From Rhizodiscina lignyota (lineage: Eukaryota): DNA of 64,000 bases. The position numbers and the translations under genes are program-made. Shown piece after piece: positions 36,421 to 49,530 of this stretch. Location of the stretch: assembly GCA_010015805.1 (NCBI GenBank), contig ML978125.1, positions 744,001 to 808,000 on the forward strand, read 5' to 3'. Each line of letters opens with the position of its first letter. The stretch's first letter is position 1. The notes beneath the pieces were generated by a model. The model worked only from the letters and a program-made list of their open reading frames with translations. It did not search any database and was not told where the DNA came from.

Positions 36421-39400
36421 ATGGGACCAATTCAAGGCCAGTAAGCGGGGACGTCAAGACGCAAGCTGGGAGGGAAAGACACATTTTGACTTGTATGCAT
36501 AGCCGAATGAAATATGCTTTTTCGTCCGACGGCATACCTCTCTGTGGTCGCTTGGAATCTCGGAATATTTGCCGGCATAATGCCGATCAATTCCGGTGGC
36601 TTTGTGGTTCGTGGACAGCCGCGTCGAAGTACCCGTCGCTAGTTATCGAGCCTGAGAGGCGCAACCACGTAAACGCCTCCGGCACGGCCAGAAACCTGTC
36701 GTGTAATGGGGCCTGCAGCCTTGGATCCACGGTAGCCCAACAGCGACGCTGAAAGGGCCCAGTGCTCTGGTAAGCATACAAGCTTGCATTGAAAACACAT
36801 GGCCAGAAGCACGTTTCCGTAAATGAAATCTCTCAGATGGCAATCATCGTCGCGTGATCACCGTGTGCACGGCCAACGGGAAGAAGCCGATCCCTGTGCC
36901 TCTGGTCAACATCGAGACAATGTTGGTGGCTTTGCTTTATCTTTTCTAAATGTTGAAATACAATCTAGACTACATCCGATTGACCGCAGCTAGCCAAAGC
37001 CTTTCACTCCGATGCCGGGCTTCGGATTGGCATTCATCATCTCTACGCACTCCGACATTCCTCGAAAGTCGCGTAGGCGTGTGACTCGCAAGAAACCTGT
37101 TCTGTGCTTGAAGTCACAGCATTGGCCACGGAAACGGCAATCCACGATGGTTTCACCGCCTTCTGAATGATCAAAGCATGAGGCAGTCGACATGTGCCAG
37201 CGCAGCGTTCTTCGACTATTTTCGGTATCACAGCGCTCAAGCGGATTTGCGAGAAGTGTATTCGTAGCAATTTTGTAAGAGATAGCTACTAGTCGTACGG
37301 GAAGATCTCTTCTGGTATGCTGTGTTAGCGAGCAGGAAGATTCCGTGTATGGTCACAATATCTCGCCTCAGTCAAGGTTCCTTGCCGTTCAAAGGTAACC
37401 AGCGGACAGTACGTTGGACCGTGAACCATGATTGAGGATAGACGGCTGTGTGAGCATTGCAACGTGAGTCCTTCCCTGATTGACCAAGCACTGACACAAT
37501 GGCAGTGCCACAACTGCATTCAAGTTCTCGTCAATTAACGTTCCTTTGACGATCATCGGATTGGTGCTTCGTTGTGTCGCTGTACAGCTCAACAAATTCT
37601 ATTCGCCCAAGGATGATGCTCCGGTGTCCTTTCATAGGGAGGGCTTGTCGTGTGGTACCCGTGGATTGGTTCATGAGATGCCAGGTTTGTGGAATAAGGC
37701 AGTACTCGCCGAGTCAGGGGTGGTAGGGCTCGTAAGCAGCAACTTGAGAAACATCAGCGCCGTATTAGGCGAACGAGAGCGATGAGTCCAGGCAATTTAT
37801 GCGAAGCTGTGAGACATGCTCTTTCCCATGTGAACCACTGTCGCAACAGCAATACGAAAACGCAAGCGCGAGTCATTCAGTCCAAGGATTGATTGTGCTT
37901 TAATCTGAGATTGTTCAGCCATCCTGGAGTTACAGTACCACCAGAGTTTGAGACGTGGAATTAGGCTCGGATATGGCGTAATAGTATGCATACGAGCACC
38001 CAGACGCTTTGATCGACGAAGCATCTGTTGTTTCCAGAAGGTAGACTCTTCCTGATATCCCGGCAGATCGAGTTAGTGCGAAATGCTTCACTGCAATGTA
38101 GTCGCATAAGATCTGTGGCCTTCGTGGCCTCCGGACTTCCGCGGTGCATTAGTGACTCTTAGTGACAACGGTCAAGCCTGTCCTCAGTCTTGACGCCTTT
38201 TCCGCGCTGAGCGCTGTCTTGCTCGTTAGTCTGCTTCTTCATTTGCCAGAATAAGAGACACTCAGAGACTCTTCCGAAACTGCCGGGTTCCCGTGAATCT
38301 GGAGGGCCGACTCTCAAGACTCTTCGATCTACCCGACAGCTGTGGACATCCGTTCGTTGGGGTGAAGTAGTATGCAAGAACTCCTGGTCGTAAGATCGGC
38401 GGTGAGAGTGGAGAAGGATTCCAATGCTTCTCTGAACCTTAGGGCATCGAACTCTTTGGGCAAGTCGTCGATTACGATGGTTGGGCATTCTCATATCCAC
38501 TTCTCTGGGAAGCCCACTGTGCGACGCCAGGTTGTCGTCAGCCTTGGCACGGCAGCAATTACGAATATTTGGAAATGATTGAGGTGGAGACAAAGTGCTG
38601 AGCTGTGGTTACCCTCGTCCTCTTCACCGCTGCGAATCATTCGCTCGCGTCGCTGACCATGCTCCATCTCACTTAAACTCGCTCGGGGGTCGAATAAGTG
38701 GGAGTCACTCGGCGCCGATGTGATCTCGTGCAGTAGTTACACTGAGAGTAATATGTTGACCTGTCTAGCACATGCGGTGCGGGAGAGTACGACTTTAGGG
38801 CTATTTCGGTCATAGACTGGATGATCGCTCAAGTTCTGGATGATGATGGAGACTTTGGGATCCGGGATGCAGTGGAGGAAGCTTAAGACGAAAACTGCCT
38901 CAAAGGCCTTCCTCTGTGCTTGTCTTATAATTGATCTCGAAAGTTTGCAAGTCAAATGCTCAATTCCGGTCGAGAAACGACAAGGTTTGTCGACGAAAGA
39001 TTTTCACTGTATGTCCTTTTGCGGTGGTGTGGCTGGCCCACAAATGTGATCCATCATATCTCAAAGCATCCCGCCATTACGGCTTTGGATACTGCATAAT
39101 GCATGCCACAACGGCCCACAGCCGACCACTGCGGGGCCTGGTCGAGCGAGAAATTGCATGCATATTGCAGCAGCTCGATCTGACAACCTGAAGCTAGGAC
39201 TAGCGGAGAATGTCATATGCACAAATCTGATCTGTCACAGTTTGCCAGGACCATGGTAGGAACACCCCCCTGACTCGAGCACTGAATGGGACTGCTCGAC
39301 CTTGGAGACCGGATTGTAGATACAGAAAGCACGTGAAGGTCTTCTCATGCGGCCTGACATACTGATGATTGGCCCCTCGCTACTTTAATGCTCCTTCGAG

Positions 39401-40768
39401 GTATCATGATGCGCTACTGGTGCAGACATAGGCACTGAGCGCCGTGAACCTTTGATTGAATCATTAGAACCCTCCCATCTTGCCATAGTAGAGAAACTTC
39501 CTTTTGTGGCGCTCCCAGAACAACGGGTATGGCATACTTGCATCAAGCCACTGGTCGTCGACATGATCAAGCCGCTTTGTACTACATATCACGTGCGTCC
39601 TGCAAGATGAGATAGATTCGATGCACTGCACCAATGACGGGTCGGACTTATCAGTGTTCGAAAATCAACCATGGCGGGCCGCATCCAGCGGTATGTCCCA
39701 AAAAGGAGTTGGAACAGATGTCGATGTATAAGAAGGTGCTGGCCATTTGGAGAGAATACTGATATCCGCACTCGCTTTCGTTTTGCTCTCACTACATCAG
39801 ATCATTCGCTGATAAAACTAATCTTTTCGGTCTTTTCAAGTCTCGGCTTTCCATTTTCACGATGTCTTCGTTCGAGTCTCATCCTGATGCGGTCCATATT
39901 CTGGAACGTGATGAATCACGCTTCGACGAGCCATGTCGTCCGTCCTCTGAAGAAGCATACGATCCATTGTTCGACATGCCGCTTGTTCGCGGACATATGA
40001 CTGTATTTAGCTGATTCCAGCTGGTTGACTTAAGGCGAATGCTAACGCGCAGTAGATGCCGGCCAAACCATGCCCAAATTGCCAGGCAAACGGCGAGACG
40101 GTCTGGGTCGTTCCAGGACGATGCTGCCCTGCATGCAACACTGCGGTGTCATAAAAGCCTGTGAGTTCATTGATTGGATCCAAAATATCACCAAGGATAC
40201 TGAGCTCTTCCAGGCAGTTACATCAATCTATCGCGGAGTCTCGAGCGATCTCACCCGGAGCGAAACAATATGACCGTTACGCAGGTGCTATTGGGATTTC
40301 AATGTCTTGGCGTATGGTAATCCACCCGGAGCCCGGCGAATTTTGCTGTCTCTTGCTTTACGAAATGGATGTGAATCAAAAGGGTTGATGTTTGAGCAAG
40401 TATTGCTATTGCGTGTATATTTATGTGGCTTCAGCTCAATTGCAAATCATAATGATATACTTACATTGGAGTCGCACGTGGTGAAAAGATGTGGTTGGTG
40501 AGCAATGACTGACTTGAGACGACGCGTGTCCTGTGAATGACCTCCACACTATGGCATGCTGGAGGGAAGACGTTGACTTTTCGAAAAGTTGAACGCCACA
40601 GAGCTCACGGCGCATTAGTGTAATATCGAAACATGTCCAGTCGGAGGTTTACAAGTCCTTTAGCGCCATGCAAAGGGTTTGCTGCGGGCCTCACCGCTGC
40701 ATCGGAGCGTCCGGCAGCCGCCATAAAAGTTTTCTGGTTGCGACCTATCACGACCGGATGCCTTCTTT

Positions 40769-41772
40769 TCAACCTGCAGATACAGGTTCTACGTTCTCTG
40801 TGTCGGATTTGGTTTTCCTTTTGCGTCTTCTTTTCGGTTTGATCGCGTCCTCGGATTCGTTTGCCCCATTGACCTTGTCTTTCAAATGCCCCTGATCCCT
40901 TATACGGGATGCGTCTGGAGGCTTTGCAGCTGTATCGGGTTGGGGGTGCTTTTTGGGCTTCTTGACACTCAAAGGATTCGGTTCTCTGGCCCCTTGCTTC
41001 CGCTTCTTCTTGACTGGTTCGCCTCGCTCAGGAACAGTTGGCTGCTCTTCCACATCTCCTGGTGCTGATTCTCCTGGCGCTGCCCCTGCAGTATCTCTCG
41101 GCCTTTTCCCCAACGCTTGTCCTCCTCTGGCGCCTTTGATTCCAGCGCGAAACTTCCCTTTCTCTTCCTGCTCCCGCACGCCTTCAGTGGCACTCGCCAT
41201 TGGTTCCATAATCATGACACTGCGATTGATATATATTAACGGAACTCCCGGTATCCGTCTCATCTTTGCCCTGAGCTCTGCGTTTTGACTCGCGATGATA
41301 TATCTGTGCTTGTTTGTGCGGCTATCCTTTGGATCGACGACGCTGCTCAGACATTCGATAGTGTTTAGAGGGGTTTCGAGAGTGTGGTGATTACAACGCC
41401 GCCGCTCATATGTTTTAGCTTGTGCGATGAGGGATTCGTCTTTTGGAGTGGCGCTGTAAAGATGACGCATCGAACATTGAGTTATCACTGGAGGGTAGTT
41501 AGCTGGCGCAGTATGAACCGCGGGACGAAGAGATCTTACTGGGCTTGACTTCGCCTTGGAGAGTTCGTTTAAGCCCTGCTATGAGATCCATCTTGAAATG
41601 TGCGGCATCTTGAATTATTTCCGCATCCACTGTGAGGAGATATTAGCGCTGGAAAGGAAATCAGTTCAGATTGAAGATTCATACGAAGCACTTGGTACGG
41701 CTCGCGGAAATTGAACGTCAGGCTGTACTGGTGCATCAGCTTGCGATACTGCTTTGCGCGATGCCCGCGCAT
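40769..41772 (-). CDS. UTP23: rRNA-processing protein Utp23 (PIN domain; 3 exons)
   Basis: MRGHRAKQYRKLM..Y...FNFREPYQVL, ITQCSMRHLY, ERRRCNH, Y.IASQ, R.IPGVPLIYI and basic tail with PNPLSVKKPKK. Confidence 0.93.
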
Positions 41773-42105
41773 CTTGACGGTTATGTTGATGGATGTTTCG
41801 CGGGAGTTTTATCGATCGCGAAGATGCAGGAATACAGAGTTATTTTAATCGTCCCGAAGAGGAGAAAAGTCCACCGGAATGTGGCTTGGACCCTGTGAAG
41901 CCCTGAAGTCTTGGCATCACCATACCGACCTGAAGGGCTTGACATTAATCCCTCACCAGCGCGATTATTGGCGGGTGTATGGCTCGTTCACGCTATAAGC
42001 TGTTTCCTAACGTGGCATCGAGCCTGTCATGGTGTCACACTCACTGTAAACCTCGAGAACAGCTTTATAGCTCCCAATATCGTGGGCAACCGTTGCTCAC
42101 GCAGC

Positions 42106-45100
42106 ATGTCTAGCAATGGCGTTACACCCGAACAGCCGTCGGTGAAGCCGTCTACAACGGCAACCGCGGGCTCCTCCGAAGAAAACGAATCTGAACCTCC
42201 AACCACGGCCGCACATAGACCGGACTGCGAGGTCAAGCCAGCATTGGATGAGTTTGGCTTGCCGATACGCCCTCGACGGCAGAGGAATGTGGCAGAGAAA
42301 GAGGAGGAAGACTCTGAGGATGGTGAGGTCCGGAGGGAGGATAAGGGTATCGCAGAGAAGGAAACGGGGAGACCTTTACGGAAAGAGGACGGAGTGGAAA
42401 ATCCGATGGACCCGTCCGCGCGTCAAAAGGGGGAGTCCAAACCGGTCAATGGCCATAGAGAAAGTGATGGAGATAGAGACGGAGCCTCGACCGGTCGATC
42501 TGATGCTGCCGCTACACTACAGTCGAATCATACACGTACGGATTCGGAAGTGCATAGGGCCAATGGCGTGATTTCCCTCTCGTCACCCTTAGAAAAGACT
42601 ACTGGTGTCTCTGAGTGGTCCCATCAACGCCTCATGGCCAAGACGGAGGAGAAGCAGGAAGAGAAAGACGAATGGCAAGATATGCCTGCCTATGCCCCGT
42701 TTGACATATACAACGACGACAACAAGCTCATAGCTCGGGAACAGGCCGAGTCTGATGAGGAAGAAGCAGCGTACGGCGCTTTGGGTGGTGCAGGCAAGGG
42801 ATACACTCGTGTGCAGCTTGACGAGGATGCTCAGTCTGCTACTAGCATGGATGAAAACACCGCATATCTGTTCAAAGAGCATGGTACGAACGTAGCAGAG
42901 GAGGACGAAGAGGAACGAGACGTCTTGTCCCAGATGCAAGCCACCAAAGACTTGCTCACTGATGGGCAGAGGATCGCGTATGTAGGCATCACAAGACTAA
43001 CCATGATCAAGATGCAAGAGGATATGGAGGCTCTAGAGCGTACAAGGAGTGCGAAGAAATATATCGATCAAGGTATAGAATCGCTGAAGATGTGGGGTCA
43101 GAAGGTGATGGTTAGGTTGTATGGCCATATGGACATTGATGCAGCTGGTATGTTCCCAAGTAATCAAAACACAGCAAATATTGACAAACGCACAGAGCAG
43201 GTCATGATCGAGCAACTTGCGGATCACGGCGTACAACCTGCCGATCTCTGCCCTGCCTTGATGAAGAATGCAAGAGTTAAAAACCCTGTATTGGAAGAAA
43301 CTGCGTCTGAACGGGTATCAATCTCTTCACCACGCCCAGACGTTGATATGACATTACCACAAAACATCCCGACGACACCTGACCCTACCAAGTCTGAGTC
43401 TCCACCACCTTATGATGTCCACGCTCAAGATAAAATGGAAGAAGTACAAACCCCATCTGAACTTCCACAAACTCAGAAGATCGACATTGACCTTCGATGG
43501 ACTGTTCTTTGCGATCTGTTCCTGGTGCTCATCGCCGACTCGATATATGATGCCCGATCTAGGCAGCTGTTGGAGCGAGTCGGATCATTCCTCGAAGTTC
43601 CATGGATCGACATATGTCGGTTCGAGAAGCGCGTTACAGATGCATTGGAAGTACAAGAAGCTGCAGACAAAGAGAACTGGAACGAAGCAGAACACATAGA
43701 AAGCAGGCGAAAGATGCGACGCAACAGACGTTTGGCATTGATGGGCCTCGCAACTGTCGGTGGCGGCCTTGTTATTGGTCTTTCGGCTGGTTTGCTTGCC
43801 CCTGTCATCGGGGCGGGTTTAGCAGCTGGATTCACCACAATTGGTGTCGCTGGCACCAGTGGCTTTCTGGCTGGCGCCGGTGGAGCTGCAATTGTTACCA
43901 CTACTGGTGTCGTTACTGGCGGCGCTATTGGTGTCAAGGCAGCGAACAAGAGAACCGGTGCTGTCAAAACATTTGAATATCGACCGCTTCATAATAACAA
44001 GCGCACAAATCTGATCATCAGTGTATCTGGATGGATGACGGGCAAAGTGGATGATGTCCGACTGCCGTTCAGCACCGTTGATCCGATAATGGGTGACATA
44101 TATTCCGTCTTCTGGGAACCAGAAATGCTACGAAGTATGGGTGACACGATCAACATTTTGGCATCGGAGGTGAACAATATCGAAACACTTTATAAACTGA
44201 ATGCGCCGCTGACACTCTACTAGGCCCTAACCCAAACTTTGCAGCAAGTACTGGGCGCTACGATCCTTGTGGCTCTCATGTCTGCACTGCAAGCTCCCGT
44301 CATGTTAACAAAGCTCTCCTATCTTATCGACAACCCATGGTCGAACTCATTGGCACGTGCTCAACTTGCTGGGTTTATCCTCGCAGATTCTCTCATAGAC
44401 CGAAACCTTGGTACGCGGCCTATTACCTTTGTCGGCTTCTCACTGGGAGCGAGAGTCATCTTCTCTTGCTTGGTAGAGCTGGCGAATAAAGGCGCATATG
44501 GGCTCGTTCAAAACGTTTATTTGTTTGGCTCCCCCAATGTAGCAAGTAAGGATGAGTACCTGAAAGCCAAGACTGTCGTCTCGGGTCGATTTGTAAATGG
44601 TTATGCAACGAATGACTGGATCTTAGGTATGCTCAAGCTGTCCGTCCTTGTGAAAATATATGATGCTCAGTATAATATAGGATACCTCTTCCGCGCAACT
44701 GCCGGCGGCGTTATGCGCGTAGCTGGCTTGACTCCTGTCGAAGTGCCGGGAATCGAGAACTTTAACGTTACTGAATTCGTTCCAGGCCACATGCAGTATC
44801 GTGCAGCCATGCCTCGTCTGCTTAGGGAGGTTGGTTGGTCTGTCGAAAGTGACGAATTCACAGAAATTGAAGATCCTGACCCGGACAACCATGAAAAACG
44901 CCAACGCGAACTGATTAATGAAATTGAAGAGGCGCGAAAGGAGTTAGAGAAAAAGCCGGAAAAGAGACGGTTCGGCATATTCAGAACGAAGAAGGCAACG
45001 GGGAAGAAAGAATGGGAAACGTATGATGAACGCACCAAAGCTGCCTTGGGCAATAAGGATGATGTTTCGAAAGACGAGGAAGGTGGTGTTCTGTTTGACA

Positions 45101-45690
45101 TTGATGCTATTCGAACCGAGATTGCAGAGCTTGCTGCTGAAGGTATCGAAGTCAAACAACTCGAGTCTACACTTCCACCCATGAAGCTCGACATGTCGGC
45201 GCCGAGCTCAAGAACTGGTTCTCCGGCGCTAAAATCAAGCCAGAGCTACAATGATGCCATAGAGCCGACAAAGTCAGCCGAAGGGTCGGCTCCATTAACC
45301 CGACATCAAACAACCCCTTCTAGGCCATCGTATGACAACTGGGAAGAGTACGATGAACATACGGGCGGAAGTAATCCCGACGGCAGTATTTCCATGACGT
45401 TCGACACGTCGTATGGCGATAGGTCTCCACAAAGCTCTTATGGGCTTCCTCGACTGCCTCCGAAAGATGTTCGTTATCCGCCTAATCCTGTTGAGCCGTC
45501 ATGGCCGTCGGAGCCGTCACAACGGCCGTATCGAGAACAATCCAGATCCCCACAGCCACCACCACAACCCCAACCACAACTGCGACCACAACAGGAAACT
45601 ACACATGCCGACCCTGCTCGGAATGCCTGGGCAGATGACTTTGATGATGATTTTGGACAGGAGAAGGAAATGCAGATGACATTTGAGTAA
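42106..45690 (+). CDS. MIL1: DUF726/TMCO4-family membrane protein, Mil1-like (4 exons)
   Basis: WQDMP motif (cf. yeast Mil1 WQEMP), DLRWTVLCDLFL..YDARSR, Gly-rich hydrophobic segment and lipase-like GFSLG. Introns 43148-43195, ~44170-44223 and 44627-44680. Confidence 0.85.
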
Positions 45691-46778
45691 TAGTGTGTTT
45701 GCATCGCGCATTGCATAGAGCATTCCAGGGTGTTTGGTTTCCTCATATTCCGTGTTGCATTTTCAGCGTGGGCTGGAGTTCTTCCGCATTGCCATACCTT
45801 TCATGTCACATCCAGCATTCTTTTAATGTCTTCATCATCTCCAGAGGAGTTTTAAGATTCATGACAGAAGGAAAGTTATCTCAATTGTTGAGATTGGATA
45901 TTGACTGTCTCCTGTTGGGGAACCCGGAAGCAGCCCTTCGTCTCATAACTTCACAGGAAGCTGGCATTACTTGTACATTTTCATTCATTCTTCACTGATT
46001 GCTTGCGAAGCTGAGCTGTGTCAATTAGTCGGCACGTTATATATTTGGAGGACAGAATTTAGGACGAATACCTCGTACGAGAACTATGGCCCTCCTTTGA
46101 TGCAATCTGTCTCTCAGAATAATTGGCTGCCAGCTGGTGGGCAATCAGACGAATAGCTTCGTCACGGCCTTCTGCTTTGAAGAGTCTGAATCGCTTGAAT
46201 TGAAAATGCAGTTCTAAAATGAGAATGAACAAGGATTTACGTATAGCCCATGTCCGAATCCCAGGTGGTGAACGTTTCGGAAGTACGATCAACGAGGGGC
46301 CTGAAATGACCTATCGCAAAGGAAAAGAATGGTGAACGGCATCATGAGAGTGACGAGCCGACGGTCTTCTATGTATAGCCATATAGGACTCCTCCTTGCT
46401 ATGAGACTTGCAAGTTATCGCAATATTCCCGTGTTTGTGGAGACTGGTGAAACAGCGAGGTCGAGTTGCTCTGCCACACTTAAATTGGTTAGCTTCAAAA
46501 TTCCTCCGCAGCCCTCATTGCAACTTCGGCCGTCGGCATAATCTTACATGGATTTCTACAATACAGTCACAGCGGAGTGGAGAAATTCCTGGAAATTGGA
46601 TCGCAATGAACCTTGAAAGAGATCATCATAGCCACAACGCGGAGCCGACTTCTTCTGGTAAGTTGTTTATTAGGGTTGAAGAAGGCACATGGGCTTTCTG
46701 CGCGACCCTCCAGCTTTTCATTTCCTTCATTTCCGTTATAATTTTCCCTTGAAAACCAGTCCTCGGTGCAAAGGGGCG

Positions 46779-47849
46779 ATGTATTCGTATCTTTTACTGC
46801 TCTGTGCCATCACAGAAGTCGCATTATGCGATCCTCATGGCCTATTCCAACGTCGTAGTGGCGTCGTGCCCTCACTCTCCGGTGATCCGGTTGTTATGGG
46901 CGCTGGAACTTATCCGCGCGCCAACTTTCTTTCTGACGGCTCCATTCTGGGCGCGTATGCAGCAACAGTCAATGACAACAAGGTGTTGACTCTAGCATCT
47001 TCCACGGACGACGGAGGTTCATGGTCAGTAAAAGGCAGCGCAGCTACCCGCCCGACCAACTCCAGTGACTTGGACAATCCATACCCACTTCAGCTTCCAT
47101 CTGGCCGTGTTCTGCTCGCGTACCGCAACCACGATAAAGATGCAAGCACAGGCGACTACACATTCTTCCGCATCACCATCTCCTATTCTGATGATAATGG
47201 GGCTTCGTGGCTCTTCCTGGCCGACGCCGCCACAAAACCTGGCGGTACAATAGGTATTTGGGAGCCATTCCTTCGCAATGCTCAGGATGGAAGCCTACAA
47301 CTCTACTACAGCGAGGAGAATAGTGCCGATGATCAGGACAGCAAAATGCGGACCTCGACAGATGGCGGCACGACGTGGTCTGATGCCCAAACTATTTCGG
47401 GTACAGATATAACAGCGCGAGATGGCATGCTCGGGGTCGCTACCATTCAAGGGAGTAGCCTTATCGCTGTCTTCGAAAGCGAGCAAGGAGGTTTGTTCAC
47501 CGTGAAGAGCATCACCTCTACGGATGATGGACAAACGTGGGGTAATCGGCAGACTGTATACACGCCCACTGGTACCGACAACAATGCCGGAGCCCCGCAA
47601 ATTGTTAACGTCGGAGGGACACTGTGCGTGAGCTTCATGACGGATGAAGACACCCAGGAGCATAATTGGATCAACGGAGCTGGAGCAAAGCTTATTACTA
47701 GCGGAGATTCTGGGTCGTCCTGGGGGAACAAGATCGAAGTCTTTGACCCCCAAGCGAATTGGCCAGGTCTACTTACTTTGGATGATTCGAGCTTTCTGTA
47801 CATGGTAGACTTTGGAGGCGCGAAAAGCCAGAAGATCGTCCTTTCATGA
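46779..47849 (+). CDS. Secreted glycoside hydrolase family 93-like (BNR/Asp-box beta-propeller, exo-arabinanase-like)
   Basis: Signal peptide, GTYPRA, five SxDxGxxW Asp-boxes, and WEP and VFE acidic residues. Intronless. Confidence 0.85.
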   Translation: MYSYLLLLCAITEVALCDPHGLFQRRSGVVPSLSGDPVVMGAGTYPRANFLSDGSILGAYAATVNDNKVLTLASSTDDGGSWSVKGSAATRPTNSSDLDNPYPLQLPSGRVLLAYRNHDKDASTGDYTFFRITISYSDDNGASWLFLADAATKPGGTIGIWEPFLRNAQDGSLQLYYSEENSADDQDSKMRTSTDGGTTWSDAQTISGTDITARDGMLGVATIQGSSLIAVFESEQGGLFTVKSITSTDDGQTWGNRQTVYTPTGTDNNAGAPQIVNVGGTLCVSFMTDEDTQEHNWINGAGAKLITSGDSGSSWGNKIEVFDPQANWPGLLTLDDSSFLYMVDFGGAKSQKIVLS

Positions 47850-48180
47850 TCATAGAGCATCTTCCGGAAAATTTGGGCATTGGGTACAAATCGACGATGG
47901 AATTTGAATCAGAAGCTGCCACTTCGAATGTCCATGTACAATAAAATGAGTGCCGGAAGCTCTATTAGGTTAGAATACTTTGGTTGAAGTGGTTTGAATA
48001 TTGGTTTGGACAAAATATCAAAATAGCAATGTGTTATTGCCTTTCCGGGGATGCCGAGACCGAAAATTCTCCACCAGGGGTTCGTCACTTGCTCAGCCAC
48101 AGCTTCATCAAAGTACTGCTGAATATCGTCACTTTTCTTTTTTCCGATAAAGATCATGTGAACCACAAAAAGTGTCCCTC

Positions 48181-49530
48181 ATGTCTAATGAAGGAGAACG
48201 AAGAGATCAGGTCAGCGGCATCAACAAAATCAAATCTCGAAAGCCGCATCGAAAATCTCGCCTAGGATGCCAGAACTGCAAACGGAGGAGAGTCAAGGTG
48301 AGTGAGCAACGAACGAGCTTCGAAACTCGATTTTGGTATCTAGTGATTGAAAAGACGCATGTTAATGATATCGTTTCTCAGTGCGATGAAGCAAAACCGG
48401 CATGCAGGAACTGTGTCAAACATTCGATCCGCTGCAGCTTCGCGGCGAATTCACCGAGTTCAGATCTATCCCCTTCAAATCCCCCTGAGCCTCGAGTCAT
48501 TCCATCACGATTTGAATTGGACGGCGATTCAGCAGCGAGTAGTCCCGGGCTTTCACCATGCAATGCACCACTATTGCCTTTTCCAGTCGCAGATCTGGAG
48601 CTCCTTCATCATTATATGACTTCATCTAGCAGCTTTTTTGCGGATAATCGCCAAAATGCTCAGTTCTGGCAAGTCAAAGTTCCGCAGTTAGGTTTCGAGC
48701 ATCACTTCATACTACGACTCTTGCTTGCCATATCCGCGTTACACATTGCCCGAGATTCTCCAGAGCGACAAGAATCTTCCAAAGCTAGAGCCGAGGAGCA
48801 CTATGTGGCCGCGCTCCGAGCCATAACCGCTCTCCTCCCTCATGTCAACGAAACAAACTGCCACGCTCTTTTCCTCGCATCGACATTAGTCTGCCACTAC
48901 AGCTTTGGCAAGGGCCCGACACCTGGAGACTACCTTGCATTCAGCAATGTTGGTCAACCGGAATGGCTACGTCTTTTCAAGGGAGTGCGAGCCATCATAG
49001 AAAGCAATCCAGATGTTGTCAAGGCTTCCGGGGTATTACCTTCTGTGGCCCAGGGCGAGATGCAGAAGCACGAACCAAACCTGCCTAAACGATCGAATCA
49101 TTTCGACTTCCGAACACAATTCGAAAGGATCCGCCGCGTTATAGCTGCGCAATCTCCCTCCCCCGAATCCGAAATATACATGGAGGCCCTGGACTCTTTG
49201 GAGAACTGTTTCGCCGCAACGTACGAGGGCAAGTCAGATGCTTGGGACGAGCGAAGTCGATCTTCCCACATTATGTTCCGGTGGCTATACCAAGCGTCGG
49301 AACCTTTTGTCGCCCGAATGCAGGATAAACGCCCCATGGCTATTGTTATATTCTCCTTCTTTGCGGTGCTGATGAAAGAGCACGCCGATGTATGGACGTT
49401 GGACGGTTGGGCCGAGCATATCATGACCGGAATACACGCCTATCTCCCACCTGTCTACCATGATTTCATTCAGTGGCCAATGCAGCAGGTCAACTGGACT
49501 CCGCCAAAGGACGATACTAAAATGGAATGA
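48181..49530 (+). CDS. Zn2Cys6 transcription factor, Upc2/sterol-uptake-control-like family (2 exons)
   Basis: HRKSRLGCQNCKRRRVK|CDEAKPACRNCVKHSIRC after removing intron 48298-48381. DLELLHHY and LLAISALH motifs. Confidence 0.9.
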   Translation: MSNEGERRDQVSGINKIKSRKPHRKSRLGCQNCKRRRVKVSEQRTSFETRFWYLVIEKTHVNDIVSQCDEAKPACRNCVKHSIRCSFAANSPSSDLSPSNPPEPRVIPSRFELDGDSAASSPGLSPCNAPLLPFPVADLELLHHYMTSSSSFFADNRQNAQFWQVKVPQLGFEHHFILRLLLAISALHIARDSPERQESSKARAEEHYVAALRAITALLPHVNETNCHALFLASTLVCHYSFGKGPTPGDYLAFSNVGQPEWLRLFKGVRAIIESNPDVVKASGVLPSVAQGEMQKHEPNLPKRSNHFDFRTQFERIRRVIAAQSPSPESEIYMEALDSLENCFAATYEGKSDAWDERSRSSHIMFRWLYQASEPFVARMQDKRPMAIVIFSFFAVLMKEHADVWTLDGWAEHIMTGIHAYLPPVYHDFIQWPMQQVNWTPPKDDTKME

